Below, in pieces: positions 19,692 to 30,800 of a DNA stretch of 34,290 nt (its first letter is position 1; every line of letters starts with the position of its first letter). The translations under genes and the position numbers were made by a program. The stretch is from NCBI GenBank assembly GCA_001275005.1, contig JWZX01002488.1:1-34290 (forward strand), given 5' to 3'. Under the pieces are notes generated by a model, which saw only the letters and a program-made list of their open reading frames with translations, ran no database searches and was not told the DNA's origin. The stretch is from Chrysochromulina tobinii (taxonomy: Eukaryota).

Positions 19692-20613
19692 CGACGGGGG
19701 GGCGCGTTCTGGAAGGGGTAATCAAGTTGCCAGCCTTAGCCCGCCGCAGGCGCGAAATTTTTGGCGATATTGACTGTTAAGCACTACATTTAGGCCCTGA
19801 AATTGATGCCACTCACACCATGAACTCACACACTATTGACTCAGACTGCGACGTACATGTATGTACCGACTACAATGACAATCTAGCCCACAAGAACAAA
19901 AGCAACTGTCTCGCTCCCTTATCCGCCCGCTCTCTCGACTGCATGGCTGGGATCCATAGCGAACTCGAGCCTGAAGTGAAGATATCTTTGACCGAAAGCT
20001 GCATTGTAGCCTCAAACCACCCTGCGGAGCACACGAGAGCCAGCAACAAGCACAAGCTGAGTCGTCATCTGCGTGGAGTCAGTCGAGGCACACAAGGCGG
20101 GCATTACACTGTTTGCAGCTGATTGCTGGTCGACTGCTGCTCATCACTGTGCTTGGCCCACTGCTTCCAGCGGTTGGTGGCCGCCGCCTTGCTGCCTCTT
20201 CCTCTAGCAATTCTTTTGCTTTTGCTGCAGCCTTTGCTGCGGCTGCTGCGGGGCGACGACTCTTCTCCTGCCAGTAGCAGGGAGGCAGGCCAGCCTTGCT
20301 GCTGTCACCGCCATGGTCACCCTTGCGGATGTATGTCCTCACCATTGAGACGGAAAGAGGGGCGGCAGCCAAGGTGCTGGGTCGCACCGGAAAAGCGAAG
20401 GTGTGCGCGGGATGTTTCGTGAACAAAGTTGGAATCTTGGAAATGCTGTTTGTGGCCTTCGCTTAACCGATGCAAGCCGAATTTCCGCGGTTCGGGGGTC
20501 TACTTTCCGAGATCTGTCGATTGGCACCCTGCATCACGGTGCATCATCTCGCTATTAACGCGTATTAACGATGGTAATCAAGTTGCCCCGCTGACGCGAG
20601 AGCACCCCCGTCG
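19692..20613 (-). mobile_element. Putative internally deleted non-autonomous DNA element (about 0.9 kb)
   Basis: Inverted cgacggggg (19692-19700) / cccccgtcg (20605-20613). Identical 15-mer GGTAATCAAGTTGCC at 19717 and 20573. Lower-GC interior and a decayed ORF beginning MVRTYIRKG on the minus strand. No TSD found. Confidence 0.45.
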
Positions 20614-20841
20614 CCGTTACACCCCCGTCGACTACCCTTGCCTCGCCACTGTGTGCGCTGTGCCTGTTGGCATGTTTTACTTATTACAATTGTACTTACT
20701 TACTTATAGGCGGCCACCTCACTGGATGTTTAAGCCCAAGATGGCGCATCGGACCGGTACTGCTGCAAATCGCGTCAGAAAGCACACAGACGCACATTCA
20801 CATTCACACATGCGAAGGCACACGTCTGAGAGGAGAATTCC

Positions 20842-23800
20842 ATGCCGCCTTCAACGAAGCGCCGCGGCCCGGCCTCGTCCGCGAGCAATGCGCGCACGTG
20901 CATCTTCGTGGCGGGCATTGCCGCGTTGCTGCTAGCGTGGCTGCGCTTCGCCGTGATCTCGGACGCCTCAGCGGTCGGTCACCAGAGTCGCATCTACCAT
21001 CCGTCATCGTACGCTCACAATAGTGTTGTGTCAGCGTCCACGCAGGCCGTTGCCGCGTCCACGAGCGCCTCACTCCACGTGGACATCGAAGGCGCAACAG
21101 TTCCAATCCAACCGACCGAGCGCCAACACGAGCTTCTCGTGATCATTCCCGCTCCGATGCCCTTGACGCCGTCGCTGCCATTGGAATTTGCAGTCGATGC
21201 ACCAGAGCAGTGCCATGCGCGGGCTCACACGGAGCTCGAGGGTGGCGTCGTGCGCTGGGGCTCCAACCACAAGGTCGCGAGCGTCGCCGAGTGCTGCGAG
21301 GCGTGCTCCAAGCAAGCCCAGTCGGCCAAGAGCGAGAGGGAGGCGTGCAACGTGTGGGTCTTCTGCGCTGACGCAGCGCTCTGCGGCGACAAGGTGGGTC
21401 AGTGCTGGCTGAAGCATGCGGCGGATCCGTCGGAGCCCATCTCTCGGGGCGGTGGTGTCAAGACGCCGTGGACCTCTGGCGCCCTGCTCTCGCAGCCAGC
21501 TGAACACTACAAGGTGGGGCGCCGCTTGCAACGTGCGGCGCGACAGCAGGAGCCACTGACGGTGTTGACTAGCCCTGAGATGATGGTGGGGCTGCGCAAT
21601 GAGACGGGCACGATCGAGCTGCTCACGCCTCACTCGGAGACCCAGCCACACTTCAGCTTCCCGCTGCCGCTCACCGACGCCGAGGTGCACCTCGGCAACG
21701 GCCAAGTCCTCGACCGCACGCCTGATGGGTTCCATCATTTGGGCGACCTGACGCTCCGGGCGACGCCACGTGGTCAAGCTGAGAGCTTGTGCTCGACGGT
21801 GGTGGACGGCCAGGTGGCGGCGGCGGCCAAGGCCAAGGCTGGCAAGCTCACTCCCGGTGCGACGCCCATGGACTGGTCACACTCGGTCGATGTCGGGTTG
21901 CAGAGGACGCCAGGGAGGAGGAGAGCGGGCGACTGTCCGCTGCAGGTGACCCGAACGCTCACCTCGCGTCGCGGCGCGGTCGAGGACGACGGCACCGGCC
22001 GCAGCGGAGGGCTCGAGCTCTGGTTCAAGGTGCACAACCCGAGCACCACCACTGAGGTCACCCTCGGCGCCCTCGGCATCTCGATGCCGTTTGATCAAGA
22101 CTTCGTTGGGCGCACACTCGTGCAAGTGGCGCACCAGTGCTCGTTCGTCGAGCCGTTTCTGGGCATGGGTGGCGGTTACGTGCAAGTGACGCGCGCGACG
22201 GGCGGCGGCCCCGTCCTCCTCCTCCTCCCCGCAGCAGGCACCGAGTTTGAGGCGTGGCGGCCGCTGCGGAATGGCGAAGATGCGATGCGTCTCGACTTCA
22301 TGTACGAGATGAGCTACGAGCTGTTGCTGCACTCGGACGCGTATGCTAAAGGCGAGTGGCGTCACGCGCAGCCGTGGAACGCCCCAACGTCGCGCGTTCT
22401 GCCCCCGGGCGCCTCGGCCGAATACGGGCTGCGTTTCGTGCTCGCACCCTCCCTCGAGCTGGTAGAGGCAACACTGCTGCGCGCGGGCATGCCCGTGGCT
22501 CAGCCGCTGCCCTCGCCCGTGATCGGGGGAGATATGATCTCGGCGGCGCTCGTGCTCACGCTGCCACGGGCACTCGTGCCCACGCAGACGCAGCAGCAGC
22601 TGACGGCCCCAACCATCCGTGTCGAGCCTTCAGGCGCTCTCACCGTTGGTCCCTGCGCCACCGCCGGCCTCATCGAGGGCGCTGCCGTGCGCCTTCGCTG
22701 CCCGCTACTCCCCCAGGCCTCGCGCAAGGGTGCTGCCGGGCGTGTGCGCCTCACGATCGAATTCGCACCGGATGGGACATACCGGCCGGGCGGGCCGCTT
22801 CGCATGAGCGTGCACGTGTTCGTCAGTGCGCCCGCTCGCGAGTTGGTGCGGCTGCACGGTGAGCACGGAGCGACCAAAGCCTGGCTGCCAGTGGGCACGC
22901 CAGACCCTTGGCACCGCGACGGCGCCTTCTTTGGCTGGGACGCCGCGGCCAATGCGCCTGTGACGCAGGAGCGGCGGGTCTACATGTCGGGTCTGTCGGA
23001 CGAGGCGGGCGCAGGCGCCCAGCTCGCGATCGCCGTCAAGCAGGTCGGTGCACCAGACTTGGTTCAGATCGGTCGGCTGGAGGAGTTCGTCAACCACACC
23101 CTCTTCCAAGGCAGTCATCCGGATCGAGGCCGCTTCCTGCAGTCGTCGTCCGACTACTCAGTGCGCCTGTCCCTGCTCTACTGGACTGACGCGATGAACG
23201 ACGCCAGCTCGGAAGCCGGCAAGGCCGCGACCGCCGCGGCGCCTGAGCTCGCGAACGTGTGCCGCAGCTGCTGGCCCAAGCGGTGTTCATGGATGGACTG
23301 CTGGTCAGAGGAGCACTCCCTCGAGAGCTGGCGCGCGTACAACTACCCGCACGTGACCGCCGTCTATTGGAGCCTCTACCGCGTCGCTCGCTGGCACACG
23401 CCGCAGCTCACGCGGCGCGACTGGCGCTGGTACCTGAGGCAGGCGCATAGCACCTCGATGGCGTTGTGGACTTGCGGAGGCGACCCCTGGACGAAAAAGG
23501 TGGGTGGCGGCATCGGCACGACGCAGTGGGGGCTCATGGTGGGCTCCATCTTCGAGCTCGTCCTGACCGATTTGCAGCGCGAGGGGTGGCACGAAGAGGC
23601 GCGCGAGCTGCAGCAGACCGTCGAGAAGCGCATGGCGGTGTGGCTGAAGATGCCCTTCCCGTACGGCTCCGAGTTTGCCTGGGACTCGACCGGGCACGAG
23701 GAGATCGCCACGTGGATGCTCCGCTTCGGCAAGCTCACCGAGGCGCGCCAGACGCTCGACGCGGTCACCGCCTACGTGAGTGCGTCGCCGCATTGGGCCT

Positions 23801-24609
23801 ACTGCGGCTCCGCTCGGCGCTGGTGGGACTTCACCATCAACGGCGCAACGATGCGAGGCAACGAGCGCGTGATGCATCATTACGCTGCCGCGCTGAACAG
23901 CATCCCGATCTTTGACCACGCGCTTCGCCATCCGGACGATGCGTGGCTGTGGCGGCTCGCCGCGTGCGCCAACGGCGGCACCCTCACCAACATTCGTCCG
24001 GACGGCTCCGCTTCGATGGGCTGGCACGGCGACCCCGACCTGCTCAGCCGCGATGCGTACTCGGCTGACTTTGGCGTGGGCTTCTACGGCCATTGGAAGC
24101 ATGCGGGCTCATACCTCTCGTGCACATCTGCCGTGGGCTGGCTGTGCGTGGGCTGTGATCTCGCGTCGGCACGACCCAACGAGGCACTCACGCTCGCCAA
24201 CGGAAGCGCGTGTACCACTGCCACCGAGCTGCGCATCACGCCGCGTGATGGGTTCCGTCGGAAGCTCTACCTCGCACCTCTGGGCCTCCTGATGCAGCTC
24301 GACGGTGCTACCTTCGATGGCGTCGTCCTCACACTGCAGCCCTCGCCCTCAACGGCTGTGGTGCGTCTCAAGCCGGCCCTCGCCTCCTCCACGCATACGT
24401 ACCTCACCCTGCTCGCGGACGGTGACGGTGCCGCCAGCGCCGCCAGCGGCGCTGATGGAGGAGCGCGGCGCGTGCGCCTACGCTGCTCGGCGCCGTGCGG
24501 CTTCGAACCAACGCCATTCCCCGCGAGCGTGAACGGTTACGTGTACCGCGTGCGTCTAGGCTCCTCCGAGGGCGCTACTCTTGAGGTCAGCGCCGTGCCG
24601 AAAGCATAG
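20842..24609 (+). CDS. Membrane-anchored PAN/apple-domain plus DUF5695 putative glycoside hydrolase
   Basis: N-terminal TM IFVAGIAALLLAWL. Apple-like CC...CNVWVFC...QCWLK. DUF5695-type motifs HHLGDLTLR, GYVQVTR, PWNAPTS, DEAGAG, RAYNYPHV, YGSEFAWDSTGHEE, HWAYCGSARRWWDF, ERVMHHY. Intronless, 1255 aa. Confidence 0.8.
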   Translation: MPPSTKRRGPASSASNARTCIFVAGIAALLLAWLRFAVISDASAVGHQSRIYHPSSYAHNSVVSASTQAVAASTSASLHVDIEGATVPIQPTERQHELLVIIPAPMPLTPSLPLEFAVDAPEQCHARAHTELEGGVVRWGSNHKVASVAECCEACSKQAQSAKSEREACNVWVFCADAALCGDKVGQCWLKHAADPSEPISRGGGVKTPWTSGALLSQPAEHYKVGRRLQRAARQQEPLTVLTSPEMMVGLRNETGTIELLTPHSETQPHFSFPLPLTDAEVHLGNGQVLDRTPDGFHHLGDLTLRATPRGQAESLCSTVVDGQVAAAAKAKAGKLTPGATPMDWSHSVDVGLQRTPGRRRAGDCPLQVTRTLTSRRGAVEDDGTGRSGGLELWFKVHNPSTTTEVTLGALGISMPFDQDFVGRTLVQVAHQCSFVEPFLGMGGGYVQVTRATGGGPVLLLLPAAGTEFEAWRPLRNGEDAMRLDFMYEMSYELLLHSDAYAKGEWRHAQPWNAPTSRVLPPGASAEYGLRFVLAPSLELVEATLLRAGMPVAQPLPSPVIGGDMISAALVLTLPRALVPTQTQQQLTAPTIRVEPSGALTVGPCATAGLIEGAAVRLRCPLLPQASRKGAAGRVRLTIEFAPDGTYRPGGPLRMSVHVFVSAPARELVRLHGEHGATKAWLPVGTPDPWHRDGAFFGWDAAANAPVTQERRVYMSGLSDEAGAGAQLAIAVKQVGAPDLVQIGRLEEFVNHTLFQGSHPDRGRFLQSSSDYSVRLSLLYWTDAMNDASSEAGKAATAAAPELANVCRSCWPKRCSWMDCWSEEHSLESWRAYNYPHVTAVYWSLYRVARWHTPQLTRRDWRWYLRQAHSTSMALWTCGGDPWTKKVGGGIGTTQWGLMVGSIFELVLTDLQREGWHEEARELQQTVEKRMAVWLKMPFPYGSEFAWDSTGHEEIATWMLRFGKLTEARQTLDAVTAYVSASPHWAYCGSARRWWDFTINGATMRGNERVMHHYAAALNSIPIFDHALRHPDDAWLWRLAACANGGTLTNIRPDGSASMGWHGDPDLLSRDAYSADFGVGFYGHWKHAGSYLSCTSAVGWLCVGCDLASARPNEALTLANGSACTTATELRITPRDGFRRKLYLAPLGLLMQLDGATFDGVVLTLQPSPSTAVVRLKPALASSTHTYLTLLADGDGAASAASGADGGARRVRLRCSAPCGFEPTPFPASVNGYVYRVRLGSSEGATLEVSAVPKA

Positions 24610-25117
24610 TCTCGGCGGGAGGAGAGAGGCATGGGTCTCTCACTTTTGGGGAACGATGTTGGGCTCGCACGTCGCTACCGCGGTATTGCGAATTAACGTC
24701 CGCTCCAAGGAAGCCTCGCTCCCCCGCGTAACTATTTGATTAGAGCGCGGGCGGGTTCGAAGCTCCGCGCCTGGTCCGAACGCCCCAAGGTACTAGACGC
24801 TGTTAACACGGTACACGGCGTGATGAAGGTCGATAAGCTTATACACTTTCGAGGCCTCTTTCGTCTTTCCCCGCGACGAGGTCGGACGCGTGGACCCGTG
24901 CCGGGCGGCGTGTGCGCGCCGCGCGCGAGCCCGAGCGGGTCCTCCGGCTCCTCGTCGCGCGCGCGGGGAAAAATGAACGAGTCCAGTCTGGCTGGGCCAA
25001 CGTGGTGCTTTTGCGTCAGCTCCTGCTTATAATGACGCCTGTATAAAGCACAATAAGACCAATAAAACGCACACAAGTGGGTGGTACACCCAGCTCTCGC
25101 TCTCTCAATCAATTTCT

Positions 25118-26174
<1,057 letters not shown>

Positions 26175-26581
26175 GGTGTCCACGCAGTGACGCGCCTGAT
26201 GACGAAAGTCATTATGAACTTGTCCTCCAATTCCTTCGCTGGCGGCGAGCGAGGTCCCACTCCCGCCCCCCCCTCGCCGCGGGCTTATTTCGTTGCGTAG
26301 GGGGCAGCGCCCGCCACAACGCGGCGACGTCGATCTTGAGTGCGATACGACGACCTTCCTCTCCTCTGTGCCATCCATGGGCCGTTCACGAGCTGCGAAG
26401 CGCGAAAAGCGCAAAGACAAAGTGGCGGTGCGCTTCAGATCAGCGTCTCTCTCCTTTCGGGACGGATAACGGCAGGCGCGTGCGTATCCAGCTCTCACCG
26501 CCTCGTTCGTCATCCCGCACGCAGATTGCCAAAGAAACGCGCGATACCAAGTATAAGAAGCAAAAGGGAGGAGGAGGTATC

Positions 26582-27172
26582 ATGAAGTCGCGACGTAAGG
26601 GATTGGGTGTGCGGCCGCTGGCAGATGACCACGACGGTAGCGACGAGGAGGAACCGATGGTCGTCATCCGCAATGGCCAGGCGGTGCGCATGGGCAGTGC
26701 GGTGAATCCTGTGCAGGCCGCGGTACAGGCCGCGTTGGACGGCGATAGCGATGACGATGATGAGCGCAGCACCATTCAGAAGAAGTTGCGGGCGCTGCGC
26801 AAGAAGTTGCGCCAAGTACATGATATCAAGCAACGGCGCCGAAAGGGTGAGGAGCTAGATGCGCAACAGAAGGCCAAACTGCGGACGGAGGCGCAGCTGG
26901 AGCAGGACATTGCGCGCTTTGAAGAGGAGCTTGGCGAGATCGACGGAGCTCAGGACGGCGGCAGCGAGGACGGTGGCGAGGCTGCAGACGAAGGTGAGGT
27001 AGAGGCCGTGGCCGTGGCGGTAGTGCAACCCACGGTGCAACTACCAACGGGCGAATCGGCGCCAGCGAGCGGTGGCGTGCTGCAGCAGCGGCGGGAACTC
27101 AAGCGCCAGAGGCACCTGGAGCAGCTGCAGCGAAAGCGGCTGGCGCTCGAGGCGAAGAAGGCGAGAAAGTAG
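26582..27172 (+). CDS. Small charged coiled-coil protein with PYM/eIF2A C-terminal-like motif
   Basis: KKLRALRKKLRQVHDIKQRRRKGEELDAQQKAKLRTEAQLEQDI matches the KKLRxLxKKLRQI...LxxxQxxK motif. No Mago-binding domain recognised. ATG at 26582. Confidence 0.7.
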   Translation: MKSRRKGLGVRPLADDHDGSDEEEPMVVIRNGQAVRMGSAVNPVQAAVQAALDGDSDDDDERSTIQKKLRALRKKLRQVHDIKQRRRKGEELDAQQKAKLRTEAQLEQDIARFEEELGEIDGAQDGGSEDGGEAADEGEVEAVAVAVVQPTVQLPTGESAPASGGVLQQRRELKRQRHLEQLQRKRLALEAKKARK

Positions 27173-27424
27173 TAGGGAAAGCGACGGACACAGCCTTAGA
27201 CACAGCCTACCGGGTACTGTACTTGCTGCCGCGGGGTGTGTCGGAGGCGAGAGGGGTGCGAACGGAACACTATCGAGGATGGTGAAGCCTTCGCTAAAGT
27301 AAGGAAAAAGAAATCATCACACCTCGGCGACCTCGTGACCTCAAATAACTTCGCGCGCCGCGCGGACCCTGTGTGTGTGCGAGCTCGCGCAACCAACAGC
27401 TCGGCTGCTCGGGACCCTTTGAGC

Positions 27425-30343
27425 ATGAAGCCTGTCGACATCGCCGCTCCAATCCCGCCACCTCCCCCACCCGCGGACGCCAGTGCGCCCGCCGCAGAGG
27501 CGCCGGACGATGATCAGGAGGGGTTCGGCGGCACCGATGAGATGCTTCTCGATGCCGTTTCGAAGATGGAGTGGAAGAATATTGAGCAGTCGCTCTCGCA
27601 CAACAAGAAAACGGTCGCGTTGATGCTCAAGCGCTCGTGCGCCCAGGTGCGCACCAAGGGAGATCTCGAGCGCGATGAGTCGAACGGCAAGTTCCTCGGC
27701 GACATGCTCACCGAGATGGATAACTTTGCGACGTGGTGCTACACGGAGCACATCCGGCCGAAGCTTATCGAGCTGCTGCCTATCGAGCTCGAGGAGGAAG
27801 AAGAGGAGGAGGATCCCAAGAAGAAGAAAAAGGGCGGCAAGCCGGGCGCCGGCGGCGGCAAACCGGGCGCTGGCGGCGGCAAGAAGGGGGGCGGTGGCAA
27901 AGCTGCGATTCCCGCAAAGACGCAGATCAAGCTCGACAATGTGTTGCGCATCATGAAGGGTGAGAGTGCCAAGAAGGGCGCGAGTACGATGGGCGTGGGC
28001 GCGCATGCGATGGGCTGGCTTGAGGCGCTTGAAGCGGGCAAGAACCTCGTGCTGGACGCCCCATGGGAGCTGCAGCTCGCCAAGGAGATGGGCACGGCCG
28101 CAGCGCTGCTGGGGAAGAAGGAGAAGGGGACGACCAAGGAGGAGTCCGAGGAGAAGCGCTATCGCAACGTGCGCAACCTGGCGGACGCGATTGTCATCTT
28201 TGAAACCCAGTACAAGCAGCGCTACGGCGTCGACGAGCTGCCGCCCTTACAGCTGCTCACCGACGCACGCTTCGTACTGGGTGAGCTCAAGGTGAAGACC
28301 AAGTTCACCGTGTCCAAGTGCCTGCGCAAGCACCCGCACCTGCTCTCGACGTCGCAGTTCAAGTCGCGCCACGCGGCCAAGTTCCTGCAGCCGTACTCGA
28401 CGCAGCTCGACCTGTTCAAATCGATTGTCAAGCCAGGCCCTCGGCTGGTGCTGCTGCGCTCGCCGCCCGACACGGGCAAGACGTCGCTCGCCCCGGCGCT
28501 GCCGGAGCTCTTCCCGGAGCAGCGTGTGGTCTTCTGCTGCCTCGCACGCCGTGTGAACCTCGAGGTCGCGCAGACGCTGTACAACATGGGCATCCCGTTT
28601 GCGTGGGTGCACAACAAGCAAGTGACGTGTTCGTGGCTGTGCGGTCTTCGCGGCGCGTCGACCTCGACCTCGATTGCCCAAATGGAGGAGAAACTGCGAG
28701 TGGGCGTCGAGAAGCTTCAGGAGACGCAGGGCGGCCTCTCGAACACCAAGGTGCGCAAGAGGAACGCGCAGGTGATCAGGCCGCCGCGCTGCTTCGTGAG
28801 CGACGTCGCCTCGTGCGCGTGGCTCACCAAGCAGCTCGAGCCGGACAAGACTGTCCTGATGATCGACGAGCCGACCATGGGCGCCGACCAAGGCCACGGC
28901 GAGGCGCTGCCGCCCTCGTCGCTCACGGGCCTGATGACACAGGCGATGCTCGCGGCGCCCTACAAGACCATCTGGTCGTCGGCGACCCTGCCGCCGGGGA
29001 ACACCATCCCAACGCTCATCAACAAGTTCAAGGAGCGCTTCAGCGTAGGAGACGAGGCAGTGGACGAGCTCGTCTCGATGCAGCTCAACGTGGGCGTCCT
29101 CCTTGTGAGACCCAACGGCCAGGTGGCGCTGCCGCACGCCATTTGTGCTGTCGAGGGAGAGGGCGAGAAGGGCGCCTCGGCCGCTCTCAGCGAGTTCATC
29201 ACGCGTCTCAAGACTGAGCCCCTGCTGCTCAAGGCGTACACGGCGCAGGCGATCTCGACGATGGAGGATCGCCTCTCTGCAGACGACGTGAAGCCGCTCG
29301 CCGCCAAGGCGAAGATGGAGGTGCCGCAGATCGACGAGCACTTTGAAGACCTGTCCAAGCTCTCGCACGGCTCGTTGCGCCAGTACGCGGTGCTCATCTT
29401 GGAGAAGCTTGCTGCGACCAAGGACGACAAGCTCATCCAGCTCGCGTGCACCCCATCCAAGGATGCCAGCCAAGCTCTCTTCCCGCCTTTCGACGCGCCC
29501 AAGCTGCTGCTCCAGAACGCGCACAAGTTCCCGGGCATGACGTTGACGGTGTCCTCCGATCCGAAGGAGCAAATCGGTGCTACGTCAGAGGCCCTCGTCA
29601 AAGAGATGCCCTCGCTCAAGAAGCTCAACAAGGAGATCGAGGCTGCGGAAGAGGCCTATCGGAAACGGATCGACGGCATCCGCAAGGAGGCGGAGAAGGT
29701 CAAGGGCGGCGAGGACCGCATCGAGGAGATCGTCTCTGCCAAGCTGCGCGAGATGGGGCTCTCGGAGGGCGCCGGCCCCGGGGTCAAGATCCCCGAGCAC
29801 TGCGTCGTCAACTCGCGCGCGCACCTTCGCAAGTACGCCGGCGCGCAGGTGGCCGAGGAGATGGACGGGGGCTTCATCCGAATCCCGCCGTCGAACGCCG
29901 AGCTCAAGGAGGTTGGCGCTCTACCCGTCGATGAGACTTGGGCGGCACTGTTGCTCGCGGGCGTGGCGGCGCACATGCCGCACGACCCCGTCCTCAACCC
30001 GGCCGGCGACATCTCGTACACCAACTACGTGGCCAACAAGATGGAGCACGGCCAGCTCGCCGTCTGCGGCGTGACGAAGGACTTCACCTACGGCGCCAAC
30101 GTGCCATGCACCTCCGTGCTCGTCGATAAGGACTTTTTGCTCAAGCACTCGGCCAACACGCTGCGTCAGTTTATCGGCCGCGTGGCGCGCACGGGCCTTG
30201 CCCCCTTTGGGATCGCGCAGTTTGAAGACGACGCCTTCCTTGAGAAGATGTGCGGCAAGAACAACCAGGAGGAGGCGCTTTGCATGGAGGCCACGGCGAA
30301 AGCCATCTGCAAACTCGTCGACGCAGGCGAGGAACTGTCGTGA
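27425..30343 (+). CDS. Atypical superfamily-2 (Ski2/DDX60-related) helicase resembling a giant-virus helicase family
   Basis: Motif I SPPDTGKT, Ia VFCCLARRV, II MIDEPT, III SSATLP, V FTYGANVP, VI QFIGRVARTG. Intronless with high GC3. Confidence 0.8.
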   Translation: MKPVDIAAPIPPPPPPADASAPAAEAPDDDQEGFGGTDEMLLDAVSKMEWKNIEQSLSHNKKTVALMLKRSCAQVRTKGDLERDESNGKFLGDMLTEMDNFATWCYTEHIRPKLIELLPIELEEEEEEEDPKKKKKGGKPGAGGGKPGAGGGKKGGGGKAAIPAKTQIKLDNVLRIMKGESAKKGASTMGVGAHAMGWLEALEAGKNLVLDAPWELQLAKEMGTAAALLGKKEKGTTKEESEEKRYRNVRNLADAIVIFETQYKQRYGVDELPPLQLLTDARFVLGELKVKTKFTVSKCLRKHPHLLSTSQFKSRHAAKFLQPYSTQLDLFKSIVKPGPRLVLLRSPPDTGKTSLAPALPELFPEQRVVFCCLARRVNLEVAQTLYNMGIPFAWVHNKQVTCSWLCGLRGASTSTSIAQMEEKLRVGVEKLQETQGGLSNTKVRKRNAQVIRPPRCFVSDVASCAWLTKQLEPDKTVLMIDEPTMGADQGHGEALPPSSLTGLMTQAMLAAPYKTIWSSATLPPGNTIPTLINKFKERFSVGDEAVDELVSMQLNVGVLLVRPNGQVALPHAICAVEGEGEKGASAALSEFITRLKTEPLLLKAYTAQAISTMEDRLSADDVKPLAAKAKMEVPQIDEHFEDLSKLSHGSLRQYAVLILEKLAATKDDKLIQLACTPSKDASQALFPPFDAPKLLLQNAHKFPGMTLTVSSDPKEQIGATSEALVKEMPSLKKLNKEIEAAEEAYRKRIDGIRKEAEKVKGGEDRIEEIVSAKLREMGLSEGAGPGVKIPEHCVVNSRAHLRKYAGAQVAEEMDGGFIRIPPSNAELKEVGALPVDETWAALLLAGVAAHMPHDPVLNPAGDISYTNYVANKMEHGQLAVCGVTKDFTYGANVPCTSVLVDKDFLLKHSANTLRQFIGRVARTGLAPFGIAQFEDDAFLEKMCGKNNQEEALCMEATAKAICKLVDAGEELS

Positions 30344-30800
30344 GCGGTTGCGTCCATGGAGCACGCACATGGTCTGAGGAGAGAGGGAGAGCGCGCTTCC
30401 ACTTAGCTTCCACTCTTGTCGCAGACTCGACATTCGAGAGAGCGCGAGAGAGCTGATAGAGGTGCCGTGGAGCGATGCCGTGTGGGCCCGGCTGCGGGGC
30501 GTTCACGAGAGTGCAGCACGCGCGCGGAGCATGCCCGGGTGCGGGTCCCGTCGCCGTACCGCGTCCGGTCCAGTTGTACCCCGCGTAACGCCCCGAACCA
30601 CCCATACATGTGAGAGAGTGTTCGTACGTAAACAGAATATACATGTACATGTACCGCGAGAGCCACCGACCTCGACGAGAAGGTCGGTGCCACCGCGGGA
30701 GCCACGGCTCTCGTGAAACGGCGGACCGCGAAGAGGTTCGCTTATAGCGCTCGCATTCGACGCCCGGCGACGTAGTCGACGACCCTACCAATCGGCGAGC

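Noticed and set aside
26196..26212. CTGATGA-C-GAAA resembling a hammerhead ribozyme core
   Set aside because: There is no stem II between CUGAUGA and GAAA and no convincing stems I/III. It is just a small atgac-gaaa-gtcat hairpin in the RPL23A upstream region.
27236..30343. Endogenous giant-virus insertion around the helicase
   Set aside because: Neighbours are core eukaryotic genes (RPL23A, PUM3, SEC16). No other viral hallmark gene or compositional shift is seen, so only single-gene homology is proposed.
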